From sequence record LC739533.1: 64,000 bases of DNA; one strand, given 5' to 3'. Shown here one piece after another: positions 17,986 to 26,214 of this stretch. Positions within the stretch are counted from its first letter, which is position 1. Each line of letters begins with the position of its first letter. The notes under the pieces were generated by a model, which worked only from the letters and a program-made list of their open reading frames with translations, ran no database searches and was not told where the DNA came from. The position numbers and the translations under genes were made by a program. This stretch comes from Escherichia phage phiWec179.

Positions 17986-18063
17986 CTTCTTTTCCTCTTT
18001 GTGGGCTTGCTGTATTGCTTGCCCTACGCAATAACTATAAGTTAACAGGGTGTATAAAGCAAG

Positions 18064-18297
18064 CTATTTTTTATAAAATTTTTCTGCTGTGATATTCTTC
18101 CCTGTAGGCTTAACCGCTTGCAAGATCTTATCATGTGCCGAACGTCCAAAGGAATAAGATCCGTAAACGGTAAACCAATAATCCCCGTTCGGTTGAACGG
18201 TTACGGCGGCGTATGGTGTGCCTTTTTCATTATCACCAATAAAGTGTGAAACATTGCCGTTAACGTTCGGTTTAGTGCTTTTAATTTGTTCGATCAT
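18064..18297 (-). CDS. hypothetical protein
   Basis: AGGAG + ATG; preceded by cassette 18314..18374. Confidence 0.5.
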   Translation of the reverse strand: MIEQIKSTKPNVNGNVSHFIGDNEKGTPYAAVTVQPNGDYWFTVYGSYSFGRSAHDKILQAVKPTGKNITAEKFYKK

Positions 18298-18313
18298 GAT
18301 GTGACTCCTAAAT

Positions 18314-18374
18314 CAGGCGGGAAACATTCCCGCCCTACGTGATAAATAATAATATAAGGGTGATCCGGTGTCAA
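18314..18374 (-). promoter_or_regulatory. promoter + 5'UTR stem-loop cassette (PeSL-like)
   Basis: minus strand TTGACA-N17-TATTAT, hairpin CGGGAAACATTCCCG, SD, ATG. Confidence 0.55.
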
Positions 18375-18515
18375 TAGGTAGAATTGTAAAGATTTGATAG
18401 TTTATCTCTTTGATGTTTTGTTGTTTGATAGGTGTTAGCTATCAATATATAGCGGGGTCGTCCGGTGATTACCTCCCCCGTTGCCAGTGCCGCCCGTTCA
18501 GTAAGCATAACAAAA

Positions 18516-18545
18516 AACAGGACAAAAACAAGCCCTGTTTTGTAA
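18516..18545 (-). terminator. rho-independent terminator
   Basis: minus strand AACAGGgcttgtttttgtCCTGTT followed by TTTTTTG after stop of 18549..18752. Confidence 0.5.
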
Positions 18546-18548
18546 AGA

Positions 18549-18752
18549 TTAGATGATCTGCATATCCTCCACGATAATTTCTAATTTCCAAACAAGATGA
18601 TCTAAGCTCCCTGATAAAAATGATTCCGATACATAACCGCCATCGGACACCGTAGCAAGGATCTCGCCATTTGCTTGCTCTTTGATTTGAACATCCAGGC
18701 GGTTAGCCTTTGCTTTGTTCAGGACGGCGATCAAGCGGTTAGCTGTAGTCAT
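18549..18752 (-). CDS. hypothetical protein
   Basis: 67 aa; cassette upstream. Confidence 0.45.
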   Translation of the reverse strand: MTTANRLIAVLNKAKANRLDVQIKEQANGEILATVSDGGYVSESFLSGSLDHLVWKLEIIVEDMQII

Positions 18753-18770
18753 GGTGTTTTCCTTCCAGTC

Positions 18771-18830
18771 GTGAGCGGCACCATTGCCGCCCTACGTGAT
18801 ACATCTTACACTATCAGATACATTGTGCAA
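18771..18830 (-). promoter_or_regulatory. promoter + 5'UTR stem-loop cassette (PeSL-like)
   Basis: minus strand TTGCAC-N17-TAAGAT GTATCACGTAGG + hairpin GCGGCAATGGTGCCGC. Confidence 0.6.
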
Positions 18831-18836
18831 GCTATT

Positions 18837-19028
18837 TTAGATCTCGTCACCTATATAATCAGATCTGTTTTTCTCTGTCATACGCTTAAGCAATTCTTGC
18901 ATATGGCTTATAGCTTGCAATGTGTCTTCTTCCAGGCTTGAATCGAGATAATCAGGATCATTCTTTACCTTGCTATGGTTGTGATACCGCAACGCTGCTA
19001 ATACCTTTCTAACTTGTTCTGCATTCAT
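18837..19028 (-). CDS. hypothetical protein
   Basis: AAGGAG + ATG; 63 aa. Confidence 0.45.
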   Translation of the reverse strand: MNAEQVRKVLAALRYHNHSKVKNDPDYLDSSLEEDTLQAISHMQELLKRMTEKNRSDYIGDEI

Positions 19029-19171
19029 TTTTATTACTCCTTAAAACCAGGTGCCAACCGTTTCCAATAAGTCACTGACTACCAGAACAACATTGATTAG
19101 CACATATTTAATCAGGAAGGGGATTAGCGCCAGCGTCGCTACTATGATCCCCATTATGATGATTATTTTTC

Positions 19172-19462
19172 TCATGGTTGGCGGTTTACGTGGGCTTTAC
19201 CGTTTACGGTCATCGGTATGGCCTCAAGGTCTGGATCTTCCTTAAGGTCGCGTGCAAGCTCACCGCACCGGATACCCTCGAATCCGTGGTATTCTGTTTC
19301 CCCGTCCTTAAAAGTTTTAGCGGCAAGGCATAGGCGATAATTAACACCGATCCGGTTTACTGCGTTGATATCGGTTAACGTGATCGATTCCGGCAAATCG
19401 TTAGCCATTACAGGCGCGTTAATACCAACAACCAGGGCAACTACTGCGATCATCTTTTTCAT
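19172..19462 (-). CDS. small secreted protein
   Basis: signal-peptide-like MKKMIAVVALVVGINAPVMA. Confidence 0.5.
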   Translation of the reverse strand: MKKMIAVVALVVGINAPVMANDLPESITLTDINAVNRIGVNYRLCLAAKTFKDGETEYHGFEGIRCGELARDLKEDPDLEAIPMTVNGKAHVNRQP

Positions 19463-19491
19463 GTGTCTATCCTCTTCCTATTGCGTTTAAT

Positions 19492-19508
19492 GGGGGCGTT
19501 GCCGCCCC
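19492..19508 (-). promoter_or_regulatory. 5'UTR GC hairpin (no clear promoter)
   Basis: GGGGCGttgcCGCCCC upstream of 19172..19462. Confidence 0.4.
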
Positions 19509-19517
19509 GCTTATGGT

Positions 19518-19754
19518 TTATTGCTTGATGTTATGATGAAAGTTATTTTCTTCAACGGCTTTTAAAATAAAAGCCGTGATCGCTTTCGTGTCTACTTGTT
19601 CGAACGTATCAGAATAGCACCAATAATAATCATCCCCTACTTTCGGCGGGTAAACCTGGACAAGGAGATCCCCACCATGTTGATCTATAAGCTCAACATG
19701 TAAGCCGGATGATTCAGCGGTTTTAACGGCGTTTAATACTGTTGCAATACTCAT
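19518..19754 (-). CDS. hypothetical protein
   Basis: 78 aa. Confidence 0.45.
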   Translation of the reverse strand: MSIATVLNAVKTAESSGLHVELIDQHGGDLLVQVYPPKVGDDYYWCYSDTFEQVDTKAITAFILKAVEENNFHHNIKQ

Positions 19755-19773
19755 AATCTTTTCCTTTCTGATG

Positions 19774-19789
19774 TGGGGCGTTGCCGCCC
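19774..19789 (-). promoter_or_regulatory. 5'UTR GC hairpin (no promoter)
   Basis: GGGGCGttgcCGCCCC between 19799..20098 and 19518..19754. Confidence 0.4.
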
Positions 19790-19798
19790 CTTTGTTGA

Positions 19799-20098
19799 TT
19801 AGATCGCTGTTTCCAGTAGTTCGGCTAACGTCTTACCGCCTGATAGTTGGTCTAATGTTTGCTCTTCTGGCAAGAAATTAGCTGATATTAAACCGACTTG
19901 ATTCCCTTTGTGCCAGTTAGCCTGGCGGGTGATTCCATCCTTTAAGGATTTTACCGCCATTGTGCAACCGTCGCCAAATGATTCATTTTTATGGTCCATC
20001 ACTTCATAAGCGCCCAGCTTGCTGCTGTTAGGCACCATTAACGCGAATACATCACCAACAACCAGTTTTTCTACGGTAACAATAGCGATAGTTTCCAT
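19799..20098 (-). CDS. hypothetical protein
   Basis: 99 aa; cassette upstream. Confidence 0.5.
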   Translation of the reverse strand: METIAIVTVEKLVVGDVFALMVPNSSKLGAYEVMDHKNESFGDGCTMAVKSLKDGITRQANWHKGNQVGLISANFLPEEQTLDQLSGGKTLAELLETAI

Positions 20099-20116
20099 TT
20101 TGTTTTCCTCATTATC

Positions 20117-20173
20117 GGCGGCACCATTGCCGCCCTACGTGGTAAATATTATCACACTGGCGATCTGTGTCAA
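20117..20173 (-). promoter_or_regulatory. promoter + 5'UTR stem-loop cassette (PeSL-like)
   Basis: TTGACA-N17-TAATAT TTACCACGTAGG + hairpin GGCGGCAATGGTGCCGCC. Confidence 0.6.
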
Positions 20174-20179
20174 TACTTT

Positions 20180-20566
20180 TTATTCAATATAAATCAAATT
20201 ATCTTCACCAATGTAAGCCGACACGTCCGGCATGAATTTAGCGGCATTTGTTAGGCGGTTGGCTGTGTTAGTTGTGTATATTTCAGGGCGATCCCAAAAT
20301 CCTACGCCGTGACCGTTACGGGTAAAATGTAAATCATTGCCGATCTGGTTGGCTGTAGCGCCGTCGCTCATTGCCTCAGAGATAGCGGCAAGATTAGCAT
20401 TAATAAAGGCTGTTACATCTTGGGCGATTCGTTCATCCGCACCAGGAGAAAAATCATAATCGCCTAAGTTATCAATAAAATCACCTTCGTGATCCCTGGC
20501 TGATTCAGCAAAAATAAAAGCCTCTTTATAACCGTTGATGATTTCAATAATGATTTCTGTTTTCAT
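20180..20566 (-). CDS. hypothetical protein
   Basis: 128 aa. Confidence 0.5.
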   Translation of the reverse strand: MKTEIIIEIINGYKEAFIFAESARDHEGDFIDNLGDYDFSPGADERIAQDVTAFINANLAAISEAMSDGATANQIGNDLHFTRNGHGVGFWDRPEIYTTNTANRLTNAAKFMPDVSAYIGEDNLIYIE

Positions 20567-20787
20567 GCTGTACGCTCGACAATAATAATAGTTTGCGGGA
20601 TCTCGTTTTCTACTACTAACAAGGCTTTTTTCTGTGTGATAGATATTTTAACACGTTGTAAAGTAGCGGTAAAGTCTTTCATTTCGTTATGCGCCGACTT
20701 GCTGCAATGCCAGATCTCAGGCTTACCGACTTGTAAGCCGCGTAAAAATTCTGTTTTGCCTGTTTTGTTCGTGATCATCTGTTTCAC
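20563..20787 (-). CDS. hypothetical protein
   Basis: 74 aa. Confidence 0.45.
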   Translation of the reverse strand: MKQMITNKTGKTEFLRGLQVGKPEIWHCSKSAHNEMKDFTATLQRVKISITQKKALLVVENEIPQTIIIVERTA

Positions 20788-20788
20788 C

Positions 20789-20893
20789 TTAACCGATACC
20801 GTGGGAAGATAGGATCATATTAGCCATAGTTGCAACCACTCCAACCGATAACGCCAGGCCAACCACTGCAACCGTGAAAATTTTCTCTAACAT
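20789..20893 (-). CDS. small hydrophobic peptide (34 aa)
   Basis: GAGGG + ATG directly after cassette; MLEKIFTVAVVGLALSVGVVATMANMILSSHGIG; below ORF-track cutoff. Confidence 0.3.
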   Translation of the reverse strand: MLEKIFTVAVVGLALSVGVVATMANMILSSHGIG

Positions 20894-20911
20894 GATGCTA
20901 CCCTCATTAAT

Positions 20912-20974
20912 GGGCGTTGCCTTATTGCCCCGCCCTACAAGATGAATACTACGCGCTTATTTTGCTGTTGTCAA
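20912..20974 (-). promoter_or_regulatory. promoter + 5'UTR stem-loop cassette (PeSL-like, divergent)
   Basis: TTGACA-N17-TAGTAT + GC hairpin. Confidence 0.45.
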
Positions 20975-21139
20975 CAACGGGCGAAAAAACTTTTTGATCT
21001 GGCTTGCTGTTAGGCGCATATCTGCTTTGAGCGTTGCCAGGCGATAAGCTTTACCCTTAACCAGTTTATGGTGTCCGGTGCCGTTGCCGATGATAACATC
21101 AATTTCACACAATACGCGGGAAGCATCAATCTTTTTCAT
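20957..21139 (-). CDS. hypothetical protein
   Basis: 60 aa. Confidence 0.4.
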   Translation of the reverse strand: MKKIDASRVLCEIDVIIGNGTGHHKLVKGKAYRLATLKADMRLTASQIKKFFRPLLTTAK

Positions 21140-21159
21140 GTTGTTACCTTTCGTGTTAT

Positions 21160-21215
21160 GGGGCGCTTGTCGCCCCCTGTCTGATAAAGATAATCCCTTT
21201 CGGGATATCTGTCAA
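21160..21215 (-). promoter_or_regulatory. promoter + 5'UTR stem-loop cassette (PeSL-like)
   Basis: TTGACA-N17-TATCTT + hairpin GGGGCGACAAGCGCCCC. Confidence 0.5.
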
Positions 21216-21221
21216 CTATTT

Positions 21222-21407
21222 TTATTGTACGGTGTGGCGATCGCTGTATTCAGCGTAAAACTCACATCCATCGTCACGGCTATCAAGTTTAACGATGTAC
21301 CCGCTATTCCAACGTTCAACTGATACTACCGGATAATACTTCCCGTTAAGGATATTTTTCACCAGGTCGCCTTTTACCAGTTCTTTCGTTTTCTTATAAG
21401 TAGTCAT
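21222..21407 (-). CDS. hypothetical protein
   Basis: GAGAAAACATC + ATG at 21407 (MTTYKK). Confidence 0.45.
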   Translation of the reverse strand: MTTYKKTKELVKGDLVKNILNGKYYPVVSVERWNSGYIVKLDSRDDGCEFYAEYSDRHTVQ

Positions 21408-21427
21408 GATGTTTTCTCTTCTGTTTT

Positions 21428-21488
21428 GCGGTGGACCGTTCCGCCGCCCTATGTGGTAAACTATACGCGCCAACGTTCCAGGCGTCAA
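21428..21488 (-). promoter_or_regulatory. promoter + 5'UTR stem-loop cassette (PeSL-like)
   Basis: TTGACG-N17-TATAGT TTACCACATAGG + hairpin GCGGCGGAACGGTCCACCGC. Confidence 0.55.
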
Positions 21489-21606
21489 GCATATTTTTAA
21501 AATTATTTTCTACAACGTAAAACGCCCCAGCATAAGCCAGGGCGCACTAATTAAATCAGGTAGGGGGATTGCATTGCCTTACACCTTTTAGGCTGTTAGC
21601 TGGCGA

Positions 21607-21834
21607 TTAATAGCGTAGGATGTTTACACGCTCATCCCGCCCCAAGATATCCTCATATCTGTTTCCCCTTCCTTCGTACCAGATGATCACGGTATGAGGA
21701 TCAAACGGATTGTTTTCGATAGCCGTTACCTTGCAGAAGTCATAAGACGGGAACGGATAAACGCCAACCTGTAAACGCGCCCGATCTCCTGGGCGAATGG
21801 TAGCGGCACGATCTGCAATGATATTGTTATACAT
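21607..21834 (-). CDS. hypothetical protein
   Basis: 75 aa. Confidence 0.45.
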   Translation of the reverse strand: MYNNIIADRAATIRPGDRARLQVGVYPFPSYDFCKVTAIENNPFDPHTVIIWYEGRGNRYEDILGRDERVNILRY

Positions 21835-21958
21835 GGTGCACCCCCTTAATATTTTTCTTTTTCTTTGCTTCCGTTCGTCTAAGGTTACGGCTTGACTTGT
21901 TACGCAAGGCGCTCAAATCATCATAACCTTTAAAAGGTTGCATATTGTTCGGATTCAT
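21827..21958 (-). CDS. small basic protein (start uncertain)
   Basis: AAGGGG + ATG at 21958; Lys/Arg-rich C-terminus. Confidence 0.3.
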   Translation of the reverse strand: MNPNNMQPFKGYDDLSALRNKSSRNLRRTEAKKKKNIKGVHHV

Positions 21959-21968
21959 GCTACGCCCC

Positions 21969-22247
21969 TTAACGGTTATAGATATTGTGGATAGTGATAA
22001 AGGCGCTACGGTCATAAGCTGCCAAATCGGGATTGATCCAAGTGTTATCTAATAGTGTTTCAAGGATAATAGACTCATCATGAATAGCATCATAGAAATC
22101 AGGGTTAATAATGGTGTCAATGTCGCTTTCTGTTAACTCTACATTCAGCTTGCAAACCGCTTGCAAATCGGCTTCACGCTTCCAATCTTGCAGATTAGTA
22201 GTCAGAATGTTGGTGATCTCTTCGGTAGATAATTTGGTGATGGTCAT
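21969..22247 (-). CDS. hypothetical protein
   Basis: 92 aa; cassette upstream. Confidence 0.5.
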   Translation of the reverse strand: MTITKLSTEEITNILTTNLQDWKREADLQAVCKLNVELTESDIDTIINPDFYDAIHDESIILETLLDNTWINPDLAAYDRSAFITIHNIYNR

Positions 22248-22265
22248 GATATTTTCTCTCTGTTA

Positions 22266-22323
22266 GGCGGGGCGCTTGTCGCCCCTATGTGATACATCTT
22301 ATCAGGTTGATTCAGCTTGTCAA
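22266..22323 (-). promoter_or_regulatory. promoter + 5'UTR stem-loop cassette (PeSL-like)
   Basis: TTGACA-N17-TAAGAT GTATCACATAGG + hairpin GGCGACAAGCGCCCCGCC. Confidence 0.6.
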
Positions 22324-22329
22324 TACTTT

Positions 22330-22536
22330 TTAACGTGTCGCGTAAATAATATTACTTGCCGGACTACTGCAAACCAGGTTAAGCGGCTTGCTGTTATATT
22401 GCATCTTGTCGGCTTGTTTGCTTGCTGCGATGATTCCATCTATTACACGTTGCAAACTAACCTTTACCGCCTTTTTTGCCAACCGTTGACGCTTTACCAG
22501 TGCCTGGATCTTTTTCTTGTCTGCGTTGCTTAACAT
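22330..22536 (-). CDS. hypothetical protein
   Basis: 68 aa. Confidence 0.45.
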   Translation of the reverse strand: MLSNADKKKIQALVKRQRLAKKAVKVSLQRVIDGIIAASKQADKMQYNSKPLNLVCSSPASNIIYATR

Positions 22537-22545
22537 GGTGCGCCC

Positions 22546-22725
22546 TTACTTGTTAGCCGGATTGTATGCCAGGATCGCGCCGCTTGCTTTCACGCTTTCA
22601 TCTTCATAGTTGCGCAGATCGTTTTCTGTAAGATTGAGCGCGATCACTTCCTCGATCTCAATGCCAGTGGCAAGGGCGATCTCTTTAATGATGTTTGATG
22701 ATCTGATAACGTTTACTGTTTTCAT
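22546..22725 (-). CDS. hypothetical protein
   Basis: AAGGTG + ATG at 22725 (MKTVNVIRSS). Confidence 0.4.
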   Translation of the reverse strand: MKTVNVIRSSNIIKEIALATGIEIEEVIALNLTENDLRNYEDESVKASGAILAYNPANK

Positions 22726-22735
22726 GGTGTGCACC

Positions 22736-22855
22736 TTATAAGATGATTGATAAGATAGTGATAACGAAAGCGATAACACCAACGGCGATCGTAGTCTTAC
22801 GCCCTTCGGATACTGCCGGATTCTCTACCGTGTATTCTACTGTGTATTTGTTCAT
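22736..22855 (-). CDS. small membrane peptide (39 aa)
   Basis: GAGAGGATAACACA + ATG; hydrophobic C-terminus IAVGVIAFVITILSIIL; below ORF-track cutoff. Confidence 0.3.
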   Translation of the reverse strand: MNKYTVEYTVENPAVSEGRKTTIAVGVIAFVITILSIIL

Positions 22856-22878
22856 TGTGTTATCCTCTCGCTTGCTTT

Positions 22879-22935
22879 GAGAACTATTCCCGCCGCCCTA
22901 TGAATTAAATATACACTATCCCAAAATGATTGCAA
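22879..22935 (-). promoter_or_regulatory. promoter + 5'UTR structured cassette (divergent)
   Basis: TTGCAA-N17-ATATTT AATTCATAGGGCGGCGGG. Confidence 0.4.
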
Positions 22936-22954
22936 GCCTTTTTCTAAATTATTT

Positions 22955-23239
22955 TTATGCAGTAAACAGACCATCATTTACAACGGCGGCGATGATCTCC
23001 CGTGCCATTGATTCAGGGAACGGGGCGCTATAGTCCTGGCTTGTCTCGTCGCTGTCTGTTACCCAATGATAAGCCAACGAGTAAAAGCCTTTACTCCCTG
23101 TTTTCAGTGAAACGATGATCACTCGGTTAAGTCCATCGGTAAACGTTGCCGTTAATGTGTTATCATCTTGCGTCATGTTGGACAAGTAAGCGGCATCATT
23201 AACCAGGGAAAACAGTAGCACCGTGTTAGCTTTAACCAT
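22955..23239 (-). CDS. hypothetical protein
   Basis: GAGGAT + ATG at 23239 (MVKANTVLLF). Confidence 0.45.
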   Translation of the reverse strand: MVKANTVLLFSLVNDAAYLSNMTQDDNTLTATFTDGLNRVIIVSLKTGSKGFYSLAYHWVTDSDETSQDYSAPFPESMAREIIAAVVNDGLFTA

Positions 23240-23258
23240 GATTTGATCCTCAAACGGG

Positions 23259-23310
23259 CGCGGCACCATTGCCGCCCTACGTAATACACTTTACCTTATT
23301 TCTTCCAAAA
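23259..23310 (-). promoter_or_regulatory. promoter + 5'UTR stem-loop cassette (PeSL-like)
   Basis: TAAAGT -10, GTATTACGTAGG + hairpin GCGGCAATGGTGCCGC; -35 weak, overlaps upstream gene end. Confidence 0.45.
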
Positions 23311-23496
23311 AGCAAGTTTATTTGCAATTGGTGACAAATAACGTTTACCCGCGTAAAACAGTACAGCGACACTAACCACGGCGGCGATCTCATGCATAGC
23401 CGACGGGAAACGAGTATCATAATAAGATCCAATAATAGCAATAGCGGCAACGGCTGCAACGTCGATAATGATTTTTTCTTGTTTTGCGGTGATCAT
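23296..23496 (-). CDS. small membrane protein
   Basis: hydrophobic VAAVAAIAIIGSYY and VVSVAVLFYAG. Confidence 0.45.
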   Translation of the reverse strand: MITAKQEKIIIDVAAVAAIAIIGSYYDTRFPSAMHEIAAVVSVAVLFYAGKRYLSPIANKLAFWKK

Positions 23497-23516
23497 AATA
23501 TTTACCTTTTTGTATG

Positions 23517-23578
23517 GTGGGGGGAACTATTCCCCGCCCTGATGTAATACAGTTTAACAGATCCGGTTATAGTGTCAA
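23517..23578 (-). promoter_or_regulatory. promoter + 5'UTR stem-loop cassette (PeSL-like)
   Basis: TTGACA-N17-TAAACT GTATTACATCAGGGCGG + hairpin GGGAATAGTTCCCC. Confidence 0.55.
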
Positions 23579-23584
23579 CCACTT

Positions 23585-23770
23585 TTAAAGATATTTTATA
23601 CTGATAACATTTTCCGGTTTAACCTGGTTGTGATAAGCATCAATGTAAATCAAACCATCGTTAGAAACGCCCAGGATCACGCCTTGCGCAATAAAACCGT
23701 ATCGGTCGCGGTAACGTGCCGCCACTTTGTTCGCTGCGTTGTAGGCTGTTTTAATCTCGTTTAAGGTCAT
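23585..23770 (-). CDS. hypothetical protein
   Basis: 61 aa. Confidence 0.45.
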   Translation of the reverse strand: MTLNEIKTAYNAANKVAARYRDRYGFIAQGVILGVSNDGLIYIDAYHNQVKPENVISIKYL

Positions 23771-23797
23771 GTGCTGTTATCCTCTCGTTAGATATAA

Positions 23798-23828
23798 GAA
23801 AGGGCGCTATTTGCGCCCTTGATTTGTT
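23798..23828 (-). terminator. intergenic hairpin (terminator/attenuator-like)
   Basis: AAGGGCGCtatttGCGCCCTT, same motif family as 17023 and 17588. Confidence 0.4.
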
Positions 23829-23975
23829 TTAGTCTTCCAGGTCCATCCATGCACGTTTCTCGGTGCGGTCGCGCTTAGTTTTGTTGCGCTTGTCGCCCTT
23901 GCGGATCACTTCTTCATTCCACGCTGCGCGTGTTTTAGAAGATTGGATTTTTTCGGCGCGATTAGATGTATTCAT
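23829..23975 (-). CDS. small basic protein (48 aa)
   Basis: GAGGAAACATC + ATG after cassette; MNTSNRAEKIQSSKTRAAW...; below ORF-track cutoff. Confidence 0.35.
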   Translation of the reverse strand: MNTSNRAEKIQSSKTRAAWNEEVIRKGDKRNKTKRDRTEKRAWMDLED

Positions 23976-23995
23976 GATGTTTCCTCTTTTTAGTT

Positions 23996-24056
23996 GTGAG
24001 CGGCACCATTGCCGCCCTACGTGTTTTAATTTACTTTATTGTTTGATGCCTGTCAA
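23996..24056 (-). promoter_or_regulatory. promoter + 5'UTR stem-loop cassette (PeSL-like)
   Basis: TTGACA-N17-TAAATT + hairpin GCGGCAATGGTGCCGC. Confidence 0.55.
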
Positions 24057-24073
24057 CTACTTTTAAAAACTTT

Positions 24074-24427
24074 TTATTCGTGGGAAAGTGTAAGGATCAC
24101 ACCTGCAATATATAACCAATAGTTTTCCCTTTCTTTCTGGATCTTGTTTTCGCTACTACGCTCGTTAATGTACCCCCAGGATGTTAACAACCGATCTACT
24201 TCCCAATACTCGAAAGCTATATTAATATTTGACGGTAAACCTTGTAACCATGATGCTATTGCTCTGATAATGTTATGATCGTAACGTTTTTGATTATCGG
24301 TGTACCAATATTCAGATTTAAAACAGCGCATCAATTCCGCGATCTTCTCTTTCTCTTCTGTGATGCCATACTCGCTATAATCAATTGAGGCCAGAATATA
24401 AAGTTTAATTGCATTTTGTGCTTTCAT
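24074..24427 (-). CDS. hypothetical protein
   Basis: 117 aa; cassette upstream. Confidence 0.5.
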   Translation of the reverse strand: MKAQNAIKLYILASIDYSEYGITEEKEKIAELMRCFKSEYWYTDNQKRYDHNIIRAIASWLQGLPSNINIAFEYWEVDRLLTSWGYINERSSENKIQKERENYWLYIAGVILTLSHE

Positions 24428-24444
24428 GGTGTCTCTCTTCTGTT

Positions 24445-24504
24445 GTGAGCGGCACCATTGCCGCCCTATGTGTTACATCTTACCGGATTTTTAAAACTTG
24501 TCAA
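24445..24504 (-). promoter_or_regulatory. promoter + 5'UTR stem-loop cassette (PeSL-like)
   Basis: TTGACA-N17-TAAGAT GTAACACATAGG + hairpin GCGGCAATGGTGCCGC. Confidence 0.6.
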
Positions 24505-24726
24505 TCATTTTTCTACTATCATTTGATAACCTGTTTCAAGGTTAGTAAACACCGTGATCCCGTCCTGGCGTTCACTCATAAGCAAGCAAGGCGCTAACAT
24601 CCTTCCTACTTCCTTGCACTCGTTATAAGCGGCGGTAATGTCTCCCGCTGCTTTGTCTTCTGTGGTGAATGTATCGTTTACGTAAACTTTACCAGCGACA
24701 ACGGCGACAATAGCAAAAGTGATCAT
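24505..24726 (-). CDS. hypothetical protein
   Basis: GAGGAAAACATC + ATG at 24726 (MITFAIVAV). Confidence 0.45.
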   Translation of the reverse strand: MITFAIVAVVAGKVYVNDTFTTEDKAAGDITAAYNECKEVGRMLAPCLLMSERQDGITVFTNLETGYQMIVEK

Positions 24727-24804
24727 GATGTTTTCCTCTTTGTGTTTTTCGTTTTGATTAGTTGATAATACAGCAATTCGCAGATTAGTCTTTAGCAATT
24801 CATG

Positions 24805-25023
24805 CTATTTACTCACAACAGTATCGAAAACAAATTTTTCTTTGTTGTCGAAGCTAACATATCCGATTCGACCACGCAAGCCGCCAGTAGTGCCGTATTC
24901 GTAACCATCAAGGCCTTTAACCTTCCAATCCGTACCCATTAAAACCGCATTATATTTCTGACCAACTACAAACGCGCCACCAGTTGATTCAATGCAAACA
25001 ACTTTAATTTTACGGATTGCCAT
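24805..25023 (-). CDS. hypothetical protein
   Basis: 72 aa. Confidence 0.45.
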   Translation of the reverse strand: MAIRKIKVVCIESTGGAFVVGQKYNAVLMGTDWKVKGLDGYEYGTTGGLRGRIGYVSFDNKEKFVFDTVVSK

Positions 25024-25101
25024 TTTCTTTCTCTCTTTGTGGTGATTGGTTTCTCTTCTCTATAGCGCCCATTATAAGGCGCTATAACGAAAAGTCAACG
25101 A

Positions 25102-25269
25102 TTATTTTTTACGGCTTAAGGTGCCCAAGTTATCAGCGTGACGCAGACCAGGGAAGATCCAAGCGCCGGATTCATCTTTTACAGGTGCCTTAACACTTGC
25201 GCCCAGGTTGGCGGCGTTAACTTTACGTGCTACGTTGCGAGCGGCTTCACGGGTAGTAAAAGTAATCAT
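25102..25269 (-). CDS. small protein (55 aa)
   Basis: GAGGAAAACATC + ATG (MITFTTREAARNV...), same initiation module as 24505..24726; below ORF-track cutoff. Confidence 0.35.
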   Translation of the reverse strand: MITFTTREAARNVARKVNAANLGASVKAPVKDESGAWIFPGLRHADNLGTLSRKK

Positions 25270-25293
25270 GATGTTTTCCTCTTCTCTTTGTTA

Positions 25294-25355
25294 GGCGGTG
25301 GACCATTCCGCCGCCTTGATGTAATACAGTTTACTCTATTTTTATTTCTTTGCAA
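25294..25355 (-). promoter_or_regulatory. promoter + 5'UTR stem-loop cassette (PeSL-like)
   Basis: TTGCAA-N17-TAAACT GTATTACATCAAGG + hairpin CGGCGGAATGGTCCACCGCC. Confidence 0.55.
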
Positions 25356-25500
25356 CTACTTTTATATTTTCTTTCTTTGCCTCTTCCACCTGGTCCGCCC
25401 ACTGCTTACCCCACGTTTGAGCGTTATAGTGATATTGACAAAGAGCAACACCACGTTTTAAACCAGCGATAGACTTTTTACCACATTGACAAGTTTTCAT
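25345..25500 (-). CDS. small Cys-containing protein (51 aa, tentative)
   Basis: ATG at 25500 (MKTCQCGKKS...); weak SD; 3' end overlaps cassette. Confidence 0.25.
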
Positions 25501-25511
25501 TTTGTGATCCC

Positions 25512-25724
25512 TTAGTTGATGATAGTCAGTGTAAAATTATAATCACCATTCTTATATAACACCATATTACCGAAGGTGCCGACTCGACGCATATCCATAC
25601 GGATACCTATAACATCTTTAACGTCTTTAATGTTTTTAACGCCCGTGATATCTTTATTAAAATATTCCTCGTCTGAAAATAAAACTTGACTTGCATTTTT
25701 TAACAGTGTGCGGATATTAGCCAT
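25512..25724 (-). CDS. hypothetical protein
   Basis: 70 aa; cassette upstream. Confidence 0.45.
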   Translation of the reverse strand: MANIRTLLKNASQVLFSDEEYFNKDITGVKNIKDVKDVIGIRMDMRRVGTFGNMVLYKNGDYNFTLTIIN

Positions 25725-25745
25725 CGTGATAATCTCTCTTCTGTT

Positions 25746-25805
25746 GTGAGCGGCACCATTGCCGCCCTACGTAATACAGTTTACTCTTTTTCTTTCCGGT
25801 GTCAA
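25746..25805 (-). promoter_or_regulatory. promoter + 5'UTR stem-loop cassette (PeSL-like)
   Basis: TTGACA-N17-TAAACT GTATTACGTAGG + hairpin GCGGCAATGGTGCCGC. Confidence 0.6.
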
Positions 25806-25813
25806 CAATCTTT

Positions 25814-26041
25814 TTAGATTAATTCGTCCAGGCATAACAGGCGATCAACGTTGAGATCGGTCAGGCTGATGGTTGGCACCTGATAAGATTCGATGTACTC
25901 GACGCTTGCATATTCCCCAAAGTTAGCAATAGCCCACTTATTCAAGATCTCACATACATCATTAATCTTTTTGTTTGTTACAACTGCAATAACCTGGGAA
26001 GTGCCAACGGTGCCGGATACGCGAACAATATTGATAGCCAT
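25814..26041 (-). CDS. hypothetical protein
   Basis: 75 aa; cassette upstream. Confidence 0.45.
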   Translation of the reverse strand: MAINIVRVSGTVGTSQVIAVVTNKKINDVCEILNKWAIANFGEYASVEYIESYQVPTISLTDLNVDRLLCLDELI

Positions 26042-26061
26042 GATTTTTCTCTCTTCTGTTA

Positions 26062-26119
26062 GGCGGGGCGCTTGTCGCCCCTATGTGATACATCTTACAC
26101 TAATTTAAAACTTTGTCAA
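26062..26119 (-). promoter_or_regulatory. promoter + 5'UTR stem-loop cassette (PeSL-like)
   Basis: TTGACA-N17-TAAGAT GTATCACATAGG + hairpin GGCGACAAGCGCCCCGCC. Confidence 0.6.
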
Positions 26120-26214
26120 ATTATTTTCTATTTCTTCCGTAATAGCCCAATTTATGATCTAAGCTAAAACGTTTTGTGAGATAGGTCGAACGATGTTTCA
26201 TTTTTATGTCTCCT

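Noticed and set aside
25138-25461. 107-aa plus-strand ORF
   Set aside because: Spans a promoter cassette and two short minus-strand genes with proper SD + ATG (25102..25269 and 25345..25500); the minus-strand reading fits the cassette architecture.
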